From the NCBI GenBank assembly GCA_964601935.1, contig CAZROP010000001.1, forward strand, positions 98,428 through 162,427: a stretch of DNA of 64,000 bases, given 5' to 3'. Source of the stretch: an uncultured Candidatus Saccharibacteria bacterium. Its GTDB lineage: Bacteria; Patescibacteriota; Minisyncoccia; Phycocordibacterales; UBA1006. This document shows, one piece after another, positions 41,092-49,724 of the stretch. A model generated the notes under the pieces. The model was not told where the DNA came from and searched no databases. It saw only the letters and a list, made by a program, of their open reading frames with translations. The number at the start of each line of letters is the position of its first letter. Within the stretch, counting starts at the first letter, position 1. Position numbers and translations under genes: made by a program.

Positions 41092-41613
41092 TTAATTATT
41101 ACGAACCATCCTATACATGAGCCAGCCCAGCCCTGCGCCCACCAGTATATCCAATAACGAGTGGTATCCTACAACGATACGCGCCAACAGTAGCGAGGAA
41201 ACAAATACCCAGCCCGCTACTACTAGCCATTGTTTGTGAATTTTCTTTTCAAGTATTAAGCCTATATATACAAAAAGCGCAGCATGTGCAGAAGGAAACG
41301 ATGATACTGGATCCAGCAAACCAATAGAAACTCCTAGCTCAGCGGCAGGACGCGTCACGCCTGTAAAGTATTTTAGAAATAGAACAAACAAAAGCAGTAT
41401 TGTACCTCCCACCACATACTGTGTGCACAACCTGATGGCACGAGCTCGGTGCTGTGAACTCCCCCTGTTGGATTCTTTGAAGACTAACCAAACGGCAAGT
41501 AGCGATACTACGAATAAACAAAAAATATCAAAACCATTGGTCAAGATTTTAGAAACTAGCGAGCTATCAAATAACCTCAGATACTCATGGAGAGCTATAT
41601 AGTGCGCATTCAT
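41092..41613 (-). CDS. PAP2-family membrane phosphatase (undecaprenyl-diphosphatase-like)
   Basis: PAP2 motif SFPSAHAA is present. It shares a 4-nt overlap with the upstream SEDS gene. Confidence 0.6.
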   Translation of the reverse strand: MNAHYIALHEYLRLFDSSLVSKILTNGFDIFCLFVVSLLAVWLVFKESNRGSSQHRARAIRLCTQYVVGGTILLLFVLFLKYFTGVTRPAAELGVSIGLLDPVSSFPSAHAALFVYIGLILEKKIHKQWLVVAGWVFVSSLLLARIVVGYHSLLDILVGAGLGWLMYRMVRNN

Positions 41614-42776
41614 ATATGTGCAGACAATTTTGCAGGTCCATAATATTCGATATCATACGTTGCGCGCGCAGGTGACATGTTCGCAATAATCGATAACGCA
41701 ATGCCTAGCCCGATAGACTCTGCCAGAATATGCGAGCCGCCGAAACTCATAAACGGCATCGGCAACCCGGTTACTGGCAAGAGACCCATATTCATGCCGA
41801 TATGAATACCACCATGAATTCCAATCATGGTTGCATAGCCAACCAGATAGAGTGCATCAACTACGCGCTCTGCATAAATAGCTGATACAAGGATCGCAAC
41901 AACCAGGAGTATGAATGCCAATACGACCAATATACCTCCTGTGGCTCCCCACTCTTCTACAAAACTTGCATACACGAAATCTGTATGGTGCTCAGGCAAA
42001 AATCCCAACCTACCTTGCGTACCCTCGCCTACGCCTACGCCCCACCAACCGGCGGAGCCAATCGCAACCTTTGATTGTATTACGTTATATCCTGCACCAT
42101 ATGGATCTGATTCTGGATTGAGAAATGTCACAACACGATCTTTTTGATAATCTGCAAATACGAACACCCAGCTAATAACTCCCAGCGCAAAAACACCGCC
42201 TATGACTATCAGTATGTGTTTCCACCATAGCCCTGCGGCTATCGTAATACCAAACAGCATAGCAACAAATACAACCATGGTCCCAAAGTCTGGCTGAAGC
42301 AATAATAGAAATGACACGACCGCAATTGCGACCAGAGGTACAACTAGTGTTGCAGGGTGTTTTATATACACATGTCGTCGTTCGTAGAAATGTGCTAGAA
42401 ACAGTCCGAATATTATTTTCGCTCCGTCAGCGGGTTGCAACGAAAACATGCCGAGATCGAACCAACTTCTCGCGCCATTTACCTTTGATCCAACTAACAG
42501 CACCAGCACCAGCATAACCAGGGCGGCGATAAATAGATACCTAACCAAGACTTCATCACGATACCAGAGATACCCTGTTGATTTTGAAAAAAACCGAATC
42601 ATCAGTATACCAACTAGCACATACATCGCCTGACGCAAAAATTGAATATTAGTTATGAAAAAACTAAATCCAGGAACCGTAGGATCGTACAACACTACCA
42701 AACCCGCTAACACCAAAACACAGACAGATGTTATTATGATTGATCGCAATAAACCAAATGATTGAAGTACTAGCAT
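41610..42776 (-). CDS. SEDS-family peptidoglycan glycosyltransferase (FtsW/RodA)
   Basis: 388 aa polytopic membrane protein with conserved SEDS regions (GIHIGMNMGLLPVTGLPMPFMSFGGS). Confidence 0.75.
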   Translation of the reverse strand: MLVLQSFGLLRSIIITSVCVLVLAGLVVLYDPTVPGFSFFITNIQFLRQAMYVLVGILMIRFFSKSTGYLWYRDEVLVRYLFIAALVMLVLVLLVGSKVNGARSWFDLGMFSLQPADGAKIIFGLFLAHFYERRHVYIKHPATLVVPLVAIAVVSFLLLLQPDFGTMVVFVAMLFGITIAAGLWWKHILIVIGGVFALGVISWVFVFADYQKDRVVTFLNPESDPYGAGYNVIQSKVAIGSAGWWGVGVGEGTQGRLGFLPEHHTDFVYASFVEEWGATGGILVVLAFILLVVAILVSAIYAERVVDALYLVGYATMIGIHGGIHIGMNMGLLPVTGLPMPFMSFGGSHILAESIGLGIALSIIANMSPARATYDIEYYGPAKLSAHI

Positions 42777-42782
42777 ACAGAG

Positions 42783-43577
42783 TTAGCGTGTACTTTGCAA
42801 CAAATCTGGGAATTTGAAAACAGGTCGAAATTCCACACGGTACGGCTCTGTTCCTTGGAAGGAAACCGGCCAGGTAAATACCAGTCGAGCAGTTTCGAGC
42901 GGGGGCAGTCTGTCCGTGACCGATGTGCTGACTGCAACTACCGTATCCGTTGCGTCGAATATTACCGCAACTGTCTGAACATCTTTGAAGAGCCTGAATG
43001 CATCTGTATTAGTGATCGTTGTTGTAGCGGATGGTCTGTCGTCAATTTGTAGAGATGTATTTTGATAATCGAATGGATTGGGTGTAGTTTTTTTCGGCAA
43101 GCGCAACCACTCGTGATCATTATTAACAGTGCACTGAGCACGAGAAGGGCGCACGTCGTTAGACGCGAATCGCAACCCTGTAACAGCATAAAAGTAATTA
43201 CCTGCAGGAGGCACCGACGCAGAACCCGAAACCTGCTGAACGCGCCTATAATCATCAGTTAACAGATTGCATCGATACGTAATACCGTGTGCCACTGCGT
43301 CATAGTTTTTATTCTCTATTTCCAATACCACACTGTATACCTTGTCAGTTACAGGAACAACACGTGCCCACGGTATGAACAATGGCCTGGTTTCTTGAAC
43401 ACATACTCTGATACATGCTCCACCGCAGTCGATGCCCGTCTCTGATCCGTTCTGTTGGTTATCTGTACACAGAGGTTGTTCTGTCAGTTTTTTCAAAACA
43501 ATTGCTCCGCCCACCAAAAGACCTATACCCAAAAGAACCACTATTACTATAATAATTCGCCTACGGAATGCCCACAT
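42783..43577 (-). CDS. Hypothetical signal-anchored protein
   Basis: N-terminal TM segment, then a Cys-rich stretch (CTDNQQNGSETGIDCGGACIRVC). Confidence 0.45.
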   Translation of the reverse strand: MWAFRRRIIIVIVVLLGIGLLVGGAIVLKKLTEQPLCTDNQQNGSETGIDCGGACIRVCVQETRPLFIPWARVVPVTDKVYSVVLEIENKNYDAVAHGITYRCNLLTDDYRRVQQVSGSASVPPAGNYFYAVTGLRFASNDVRPSRAQCTVNNDHEWLRLPKKTTPNPFDYQNTSLQIDDRPSATTTITNTDAFRLFKDVQTVAVIFDATDTVVAVSTSVTDRLPPLETARLVFTWPVSFQGTEPYRVEFRPVFKFPDLLQSTR

Positions 43578-43692
43578 ATGTACGTATTATAGACCAGCCA
43601 TAGACAAAAGACTAATGAATCTTTTAAACCAGGCCTGTGATTTATGAAAATATAAAACTGTTCGAGATGTAACACTACAAGAGGAGCTAAGA

Positions 43693-44601
43693 CTAATATC
43701 CTTCTTTCTGCAATACCTCAATAGCTTTTTTTGCGTCTTTTGAAAGCTTTTTAGGTACTTGGATTTTGGTTACCACTAACAAATCTCCCTGGCTACCCCG
43801 AATTGGGACTCCGCGACCTCGCACGCGCAGCACGTCACCTGGTTGCAGTCCGGCCGGTATGTCTATGGATAGATTCTTGCCGTCTAGCATTTCTACCGAG
43901 AACGTAGCACCGAGCAAAGCTTCTGTTAGTTTTACTTCTCGATCTATGACAAGATTTCGACCTTCACGACGAAATACACGATGAGGTTCGACACGTATTT
44001 GAATATGTAAATCACCATTTTTATTATTAACAGTTATGCGTTCACCTTCACCACGCACTTGCAGTGTCATACCATTTTCGACACCTGCGGGTATATCTAT
44101 GGTCACATCTCGACGGCCATCCTGTTTGCCATCCACATAATTAGGTACCACTATCGTTTTCGAACAACCAAATACCGACTCTTTGAACGTCAAGACTGTC
44201 TGCACCTCGATAGCACGCCCTCGTGGATTACGGCGAGACCCTCCACCAAACAACTCTGACATTACGTCATTGAGATCAATATTACCATCCTGACCAAAAT
44301 GAAATTCGAAACCACCATTTCCAAAGCCACCTTGAAACTGTGAAAAATCAAAACCTCCAAATGGATTTCCTCCTCCAGGACCACCCATCTGTGGTCCATC
44401 GCTTCCAAATTGGTCATACTGCGCACGCTTAGTCTGATCGGACAAAACTTGATAGGCCTCGTTTACTTCTTTGAACTTTGCCTCGTTTCCAGTTGGCTTG
44501 TCAGGATGATGTTGTCCTGCAAGTTTATAGAACGCCTTTTTTATTTCATCAGGCGACGCAGTTTTGGAAACTCCTAGAATTGAGTAGTAGTCTTTTGACA
44601 T
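43693..44601 (-). CDS. dnaJ: DnaJ-family co-chaperone lacking the zinc-finger domain (type II / CbpA-like)
   Basis: J-domain with the HPD motif ([10 protein letters not shown]...HHPDK) and a Gly/Phe-rich region. There are no CxxCxGxG repeats. Confidence 0.85.
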   Translation of the reverse strand: MSKDYYSILGVSKTASPDEIKKAFYKLAGQHHPDKPTGNEAKFKEVNEAYQVLSDQTKRAQYDQFGSDGPQMGGPGGGNPFGGFDFSQFQGGFGNGGFEFHFGQDGNIDLNDVMSELFGGGSRRNPRGRAIEVQTVLTFKESVFGCSKTIVVPNYVDGKQDGRRDVTIDIPAGVENGMTLQVRGEGERITVNNKNGDLHIQIRVEPHRVFRREGRNLVIDREVKLTEALLGATFSVEMLDGKNLSIDIPAGLQPGDVLRVRGRGVPIRGSQGDLLVVTKIQVPKKLSKDAKKAIEVLQKEGY

Positions 44602-44606
44602 AGTGT

Positions 44607-44634
44607 ATTATACCAAAGGCGGAAATCTTGCTAA
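44607..44634 (-). promoter_or_regulatory. Candidate sigma70-type promoter TTAGCA-16-TATAAT ending 5 nt upstream of the dnaJ ATG
   Basis: Read on the minus strand as TTAGCAagatttccgcctttggTATAATacactATG. Confidence 0.35.
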
Positions 44635-44695
44635 AAGTAGTATATGCTACCTTCCACGAGATTCCCGCCTTCGCGGGAATGATACTTACTAATAA

Positions 44696-46591
44696 TTATT
44701 CTTTCGCATCCGTATCAACAATGGACTCATCTGCGTCCGCAGAAGTATCTCCTGCGTTCTTACCTGGAGCCTGACTTTTTTCCTGCTCTTCCTTCATAAT
44801 CACCTCACCTATCTGCATCATTGCAGTACTTAACTCTGTCACGGCATTATCCATTGCAGCTACATCGGCTGATTCTTTCAAAGACTTTGCAGCCTCCATT
44901 TTATCAGTAATAGCCTTCTTTATATCTTCTGGAATCTTTTCATTGTACTCGCGCAGATTCTTTTCAGCACTGAATACCGCATGGTCCAGTTCATTGCGCT
45001 TTTCTGCTAGCTCGCGCTTTTTCTTGTCGTCTTCTGCGTTAGTTTCAGCATCCGCCTGCATGCGGGCGACGTCTTCATCTGACAAGCCTCCGCTTGCCTC
45101 TATACGAATTGATTGCTCTTTGTTGCTTGCCTTATCCTTTGCTGTTACGCTCAGAATACCATTCGCATCTATATCAAACGTTACTTCGATCTGTGGGATG
45201 CCTCGTGGACTGGGTGGAATACCGTCTAACACAAATCGGCCTAGTGATTTGTTATCAGCAAACATTGCTCGCTCACCCTGGAACACCTGAATGTCTACGC
45301 TTGGCTGATTATCTGAAGCCGTCGAAAATACCTGGGATTTTGATGTAGGAATAGTTGTGTTACGCTCAATAATTTTTGTGGCAACTCCGCCCATAGTTTC
45401 GATTCCTAATGACAGTGGCGTTACATCCAGTAGCAATACATCCTGAACATCACCCTGGAGAACTCCTGCCTGAACTGCTGCACCGAGCGCAACTACTTCA
45501 TCAGGGTTGATTGATCGGTTTGGCTCTTTACCGAATACAGAACGGACTCTTTCTACGATCAACGGCATTCGTGTTTGTCCACCAACCAAAATAATTTCAT
45601 TGATAGCAGACACATCAATACCTGAATCCTTTACTACATTACGAGTAATAGTGATCGCTTTTTCTACAAAGCTCATTGATATCTCTTCCAGTTTTGCACG
45701 TGTCATTTTTAATAACAAATGCTTTGGTCCAGTAGCGTCCGATGTTATAAACGGAATATTTATTTCGGTATCTGCTGCAGTTGATAATTCAATCTTTGCC
45801 TTTTCTGCAGCCTCGTCCAATCGCTGCATTGCCAAACTATCTCCTGATACATCGATACCTGAATCCTTTTTGAACTCCGCTACGATCCATTTGATAATAT
45901 CAGTATCAATATCACGCCCACCGAGATGATGGTCACCTCCTGTGGATTTTACCTCTACAATGGACTCAGAAACTTCCAGAACAGACACATCGAATGTTCC
46001 TCCACCAAAATCGAATACTACTATCTTCTCGTTCTTTTTCTTATCAAACCCGTAAGCAAGTGCTGCTGCAGTTGGCTCGTTGATTATACGCTTGACCTCT
46101 AGCCCTGCTATCTTCCCCGCATTTTTTGTTGCCTGTCGCTGCGCATCATTGAAATATGCGGGCACTGTAATCACAGCCTCGGTAACGGTATACCCTAAAC
46201 GCGCCTCTGCGTCAGCCTTTAGCTTTGCCAGAATCATTCCTGATATTTCTTCTGGTCGATAGTTCTTGCCACTGAGAGTTATTTCAGCGCTTCCATCGCT
46301 ACCACGCACAACCTTGTATGGTGCAGTTTTCATATCAGACTGGACAGCACTGTCATCGTACTTGTGGCCCATGTAACGCTTCACCCCGTAGATAACATTC
46401 CCAGCATTGGTAATACTCTGTCGTTTTGCCGCGACCCCCACACTACGCTCTCCGGTCTTACTGACAGCAACTACCGACGGAGTGGTGCGCGCACCTTCCG
46501 AGTTTTCTAAAATAACAGGCTGGCCACCCTGCATTACTGCTATAGCGCTATTTGTTGTTCCTAAATCGATTCCAATAATTTTTGATGACAT
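44696..46591 (-). CDS. dnaK: Chaperone DnaK (Hsp70)
   Basis: [22 protein letters not shown] and the full Hsp70 architecture are present. Confidence 0.97.
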   Translation of the reverse strand: MSSKIIGIDLGTTNSAIAVMQGGQPVILENSEGARTTPSVVAVSKTGERSVGVAAKRQSITNAGNVIYGVKRYMGHKYDDSAVQSDMKTAPYKVVRGSDGSAEITLSGKNYRPEEISGMILAKLKADAEARLGYTVTEAVITVPAYFNDAQRQATKNAGKIAGLEVKRIINEPTAAALAYGFDKKKNEKIVVFDFGGGTFDVSVLEVSESIVEVKSTGGDHHLGGRDIDTDIIKWIVAEFKKDSGIDVSGDSLAMQRLDEAAEKAKIELSTAADTEINIPFITSDATGPKHLLLKMTRAKLEEISMSFVEKAITITRNVVKDSGIDVSAINEIILVGGQTRMPLIVERVRSVFGKEPNRSINPDEVVALGAAVQAGVLQGDVQDVLLLDVTPLSLGIETMGGVATKIIERNTTIPTSKSQVFSTASDNQPSVDIQVFQGERAMFADNKSLGRFVLDGIPPSPRGIPQIEVTFDIDANGILSVTAKDKASNKEQSIRIEASGGLSDEDVARMQADAETNAEDDKKKRELAEKRNELDHAVFSAEKNLREYNEKIPEDIKKAITDKMEAAKSLKESADVAAMDNAVTELSTAMMQIGEVIMKEEQEKSQAPGKNAGDTSADADESIVDTDAKE

Positions 46592-46626
46592 ATAAATATT
46601 AGTATTTCTTTAAATAAATAATTCGA

Positions 46627-47223
46627 CTATTCTGGATCTAGCGTTCCGATAATTACGCGAGCTGGGCGGATCACCGAGTCTTTGTGTCGATACCCCTTTT
46701 GCAACACCTCTACAACCTTGCCCGCTTGCGCTACGTCCTCCACCTTTCGATAATCATGCGGCTCGTGAATAACAGGATCGAATGGTTCTCCGAGAGGAGA
46801 GGAGCTAGTCACTCCATATCCTTCCAGAACATTCACTAATTGCTGATAAATATATTCAACGCCTACTCGCCAGTTTTTGTCTACCGACTGCCAGACGGCA
46901 GTATTCCCCATTGCAGCATCGAAGCTATCCAAGACCGGCAGTAATCGTTCGCATATGTCGATAATCAAAACTGATTTCAAATTTTCACGTCTTGATTCTT
47001 CTGATTTGCGAATGTTGATACTGTCAGCTCGTTCTCGCTGCAACTGGACCAGATAGTCATCTCTCTCTTTACGTACCTGATCTAGCTCCTTTTTGATCTT
47101 GGCAAGCTTCTGAGCGGTACTGAGCTCCTGATTCTGGTCATCTGTGTCGGCAAACTCGACATCGTCAGCGTCTGCCGGATCGTCGATAATTATTTCATCT
47201 GTGTCATTAGCATTCATACACAT
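46627..47223 (-). CDS. grpE: Nucleotide exchange factor GrpE
   Basis: 198 aa. Sits upstream of dnaK on the same strand, with a coiled-coil N-terminus and the GrpE C-domain. Confidence 0.85.
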   Translation of the reverse strand: MCMNANDTDEIIIDDPADADDVEFADTDDQNQELSTAQKLAKIKKELDQVRKERDDYLVQLQRERADSINIRKSEESRRENLKSVLIIDICERLLPVLDSFDAAMGNTAVWQSVDKNWRVGVEYIYQQLVNVLEGYGVTSSSPLGEPFDPVIHEPHDYRKVEDVAQAGKVVEVLQKGYRHKDSVIRPARVIIGTLDPE

Positions 47224-47226
47224 TGT

Positions 47227-47254
47227 ATTATACTCGCCGGTTTCTATTTGACAA
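47227..47254 (-). promoter_or_regulatory. Candidate promoter TTGTCA-16-TATAAT ending 3 nt upstream of the grpE ATG. Its -35 overlaps a plus-strand TTGACA box for the divergent regulator gene.
   Basis: Read on the minus strand as TTGTCAaatagaaaccggcgagTATAATacaATG. Confidence 0.4.
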
Positions 47255-47319
47255 GTATCTCACAGTTGCAAATATATTGTCTAAAGTGTATAGTATTCTC
47301 GTAAAGGACCCTAAAAGCT

Positions 47320-47877
47320 ATGTCTCGTCAAAACATTCAACATATCATAATGAAGCTTATCTCTATGGCAAAACAAATACCTGAGGAGGAATTATTGTCT
47401 CAGGTAGAGTTGGCGTTGGCGGACAGTGACGCAACAGAGCGCAAGGTGAAGCCAGAATATATTATAAAAAGAACCCTCAAAAGATTGGAAGAGTCTGGAT
47501 CGGTCGAACGCGGCTTTGCTCATGACGGAATACCCACCATATCTCTGACAGAGTCAGGGTCAGGGAAACTCCACCGTGCTAGCGTGGCCGGTCCTTCCCA
47601 GGTACTACCTGCGACATGGGATGGCAAGTGGCGCATGATTATGCTGGACTTTGAATCAGACGACAAGCGTGCCCGTGATGCAGTACGATACATGCTAAAG
47701 AAGGCAAACTTTCTCTGTCTCAAACAAAGCATCTGGATTACCCCTCATAACCTGGAAGGGTTCATCCGAGAAATGAAGTATCATATGAAGCTCACCAGCG
47801 AAGTATTATTTGTATTAGCAGAACGATTAGATACCGAGGTAGAACATGAGGTTAAGGAATACTTTGGAATAGAGTAG
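47320..47877 (+). CDS. PaaX-like winged-helix transcriptional regulator (putative)
   Basis: The N-terminal wHTH-like segment (RTLKRLEESGSVER) and C-terminal WDGKWRMIMLDFESDDKRARDAVRYMLKKANFLCLKQSIWITP resemble the PaaX family. It is divergent from grpE. Confidence 0.4.
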   Translation: MSRQNIQHIIMKLISMAKQIPEEELLSQVELALADSDATERKVKPEYIIKRTLKRLEESGSVERGFAHDGIPTISLTESGSGKLHRASVAGPSQVLPATWDGKWRMIMLDFESDDKRARDAVRYMLKKANFLCLKQSIWITPHNLEGFIREMKYHMKLTSEVLFVLAERLDTEVEHEVKEYFGIE

Positions 47878-47879
47878 CC

Positions 47880-47935
47880 GCCGAATAGTATGAAAATGCC
47901 GCTCCCTAGGGAGCGGCATTTTCATACTATTCGGC
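47880..47935. terminator. 56 nt perfect palindrome (about 26 bp stem) between convergent genes; a bidirectional terminator or protein-binding site
   Basis: GCCGAATAGTATGAAAATGCCGCTCCCTAGGGAGCGGCATTTTCATACTATTCGGC is its own reverse complement. Confidence 0.6.
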
Positions 47936-47945
47936 GACACATTCC

Positions 47946-48263
47946 TTACCCTTGCTCACCATACAACATATCTTGCAATTCCTGATAACGCTCTTCTAGT
48001 CCGTTTTGCTCTGCGAGTATCCAGGCATCGTCTAAGCAATTATCTACTTGGCCATCCTGTCCTGCATGGAAATACACAAAAGCACATTTAAAAATAAAAT
48101 CTAAATGCTCGTATTCATCTCGCGGGTCTTGTTGATCTAAAACTCTCTGCTGCTCATCTTTCCATAAATCAAAAACCCTTCGACCCTCTTCCGTGTCACT
48201 GCGAAGCATATTTATTAGATCTTCTATACTCGACTGCCGTTCGCCAAATCTTTCTACAAACAT
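47946..48263 (-). CDS. Hypothetical acidic protein (105 aa)
   Basis: Clean ORF immediately upstream of trmD. Confidence 0.4.
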   Translation of the reverse strand: MFVERFGERQSSIEDLINMLRSDTEEGRRVFDLWKDEQQRVLDQQDPRDEYEHLDFIFKCAFVYFHAGQDGQVDNCLDDAWILAEQNGLEERYQELQDMLYGEQG

Positions 48264-48266
48264 ATA

Positions 48267-48959
48267 TTAGTTTTCGTTAAGCTTCCACTTTTCTATTTCT
48301 GCATGGTTGCCATTCTGCAGCACGTCAGGAACAGAGTAGGTATTCCCCTCCCACTCCAGCACTGCTGGGCGTGTGTACATTTCGTGGCTGCTGACACGCG
48401 ACTCCTCGATGGATTCGCTTTTCGGCAAAACACCCGCTATGCGTCGTGTGATCGCATCTACGATAACTAGTGCCGGCAGTTCGCCTCCTGTCAAAACATA
48501 ATCACCTATTGATATCGCCTGCACGCCCAGTATTTCTGCTACGCGCGAATCGATACCCTCGTATCGACCGCACAGAATGACCATATCACTGATTTCGGTA
48601 TCCAGTGCACTCTGTGCCCAGTCGTTAGTGAGTATAGATCCACCAGGACTAGTCAGAACGATAGCGGTTTTGGTACCACCTAGTTTGTGTATTTCCTTTT
48701 TTATTTTATCGACAGCAATCAGGATTGGTTCTGCAGTCATCACCATCCCCGGGCCTCCTCCATACGGCCTATCATCCACAGTCTTATGCTTGTCACGTGC
48801 GCAATCACGGGGATTCACCAGGTATACAGCGATGTGATTAGTACCCACTGCCCGACCCAGAATGGACACCGTCAAATACGGTTCGCACGCCTCCGGGAAC
48901 AGGGTGACGATCCAGAATCGTATTGTTGGGGATTTTTGCTTGGTGGGAGTGTACGCCAT
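48267..48959 (-). CDS. trmD: tRNA (guanine37-N1)-methyltransferase
   Basis: IRFWIVTLFPE...DDRPYGGGPGMVM aligns with the TrmD consensus (TLFPEM...VDDRPYGGGPGM). The start is chosen at the Met at 48959; the ORF track extends it to 48998. Confidence 0.85.
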   Translation of the reverse strand: MAYTPTKQKSPTIRFWIVTLFPEACEPYLTVSILGRAVGTNHIAVYLVNPRDCARDKHKTVDDRPYGGGPGMVMTAEPILIAVDKIKKEIHKLGGTKTAIVLTSPGGSILTNDWAQSALDTEISDMVILCGRYEGIDSRVAEILGVQAISIGDYVLTGGELPALVIVDAITRRIAGVLPKSESIEESRVSSHEMYTRPAVLEWEGNTYSVPDVLQNGNHAEIEKWKLNEN

Positions 48960-49071
48960 ATAGTCCAAGCTTATAGGTTTTGAGAGTAAATGCAACAACT
49001 TGAAAACACCTTACTTTATGCTAGTCTTACTGCAACTCTAAATTAGAGCAAACTATAAAAAAATAACTCAC

Positions 49072-49347
49072 ATGAAAATTATTGGTGGCTATTACGACGA
49101 GACAGGTTCATACGAGACTAGGCAAAAAGCCAGTACGACAGCTCGCGCTCAGTTTGTAACAGAACTAGAGGCCTGGCTACAGAGAACACTCACTGAGGTA
49201 GAAGAGGTGCTGATTCGCAGCCTCTCAGAAGAAGGCACTGGCTGGCACGAGATCGGCCTTGTAGATATTCAATTAAGCCCATCTACTGCGGAAAAAAGCG
49301 CGCAACCTCACAGCAGCCCTGTTTCAGATGAATTGCACGATTGGTAA
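49072..49347 (+). CDS. Hypothetical protein (91 aa)
   Basis: ORF followed by a hairpin and T-run at 49386-49419. Confidence 0.35.
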   Translation: MKIIGGYYDETGSYETRQKASTTARAQFVTELEAWLQRTLTEVEEVLIRSLSEEGTGWHEIGLVDIQLSPSTAEKSAQPHSSPVSDELHDW

Positions 49348-49385
49348 CAATGGACGATATTTATTATTTCTGCGATCTTCGCAAA

Positions 49386-49419
49386 ACAGGTCGGGTTTGC
49401 ATTCCGCTAATCCGACTTT
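49386..49419 (+). terminator. Hairpin plus T-run: first copy of the duplicated terminator-box module
   Basis: GGTCGG ... CCGAC followed by TTTTT. The conserved 47 nt box TTTTTATATGCTG..AAATACTCTGTCGT.CC.CCTACC.TTTTA follows it. Confidence 0.4.
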
Positions 49420-49534
49420 TTATATGCTGTTTTAAATACTCTGTCGTACCGCCTACCCTTTTACGATACTGACAGAATCTTTTATACACGTAGCTTTGTG
49501 TAAAGAATCACCTCTATCATAATAGAATAGATAC

Positions 49535-49562
49535 TTGACAATACATTATAATATGCTATTAT
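49535..49562 (+). promoter_or_regulatory. Sigma70-type promoter TTGACA-16-TATTAT upstream of the 26-codon small ORF
   Basis: TTGACAatacattataatatgcTATTAT at 49535-49562. The ATG of the small ORF lies 35 nt downstream. Confidence 0.5.
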
Positions 49563-49596
49563 GATGATAATCGTTAATCCTATAATTAAATTTCAC

Positions 49597-49677
49597 ATGG
49601 CAAAAAAAGTAAAAACCTACACGTGGCTGGCCTTCGGCCTAGCCATAATTATAGCGGCCTTCGTTGAAGGATGCTAA
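49597..49677 (+). CDS. Small hydrophobic peptide (26 aa: MAKKVKTYTWLAFGLAIIIAAFVEGC)
   Basis: Has its own consensus-like promoter and is followed directly by a strong hairpin terminator. The N-terminus is Lys-rich and the rest is a single TM helix. Confidence 0.4.
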   Translation: MAKKVKTYTWLAFGLAIIIAAFVEGC

Positions 49678-49682
49678 AAAAA

Positions 49683-49724
49683 CGGGTCGGGCGGATCGAG
49701 AACAAGAATCCTCCCGACTTTTTA
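49683..49724. terminator. Bidirectional terminator hairpin shared by the small ORF (+) and the FAD-oxidase gene (-)
   Basis: GTCGGGCGGAT-cgagaacaaga-ATCCTCCCGAC followed by TTTTT, with an A-run upstream. Confidence 0.6.

Noticed and set aside
47224-47320. CIRCE/HrcA operator upstream of grpE
   Set aside because: No TTAGCACTC-N9-GAGTGCTAA-like inverted repeat is present. The divergent gene looks PaaX-like, not HrcA-like.
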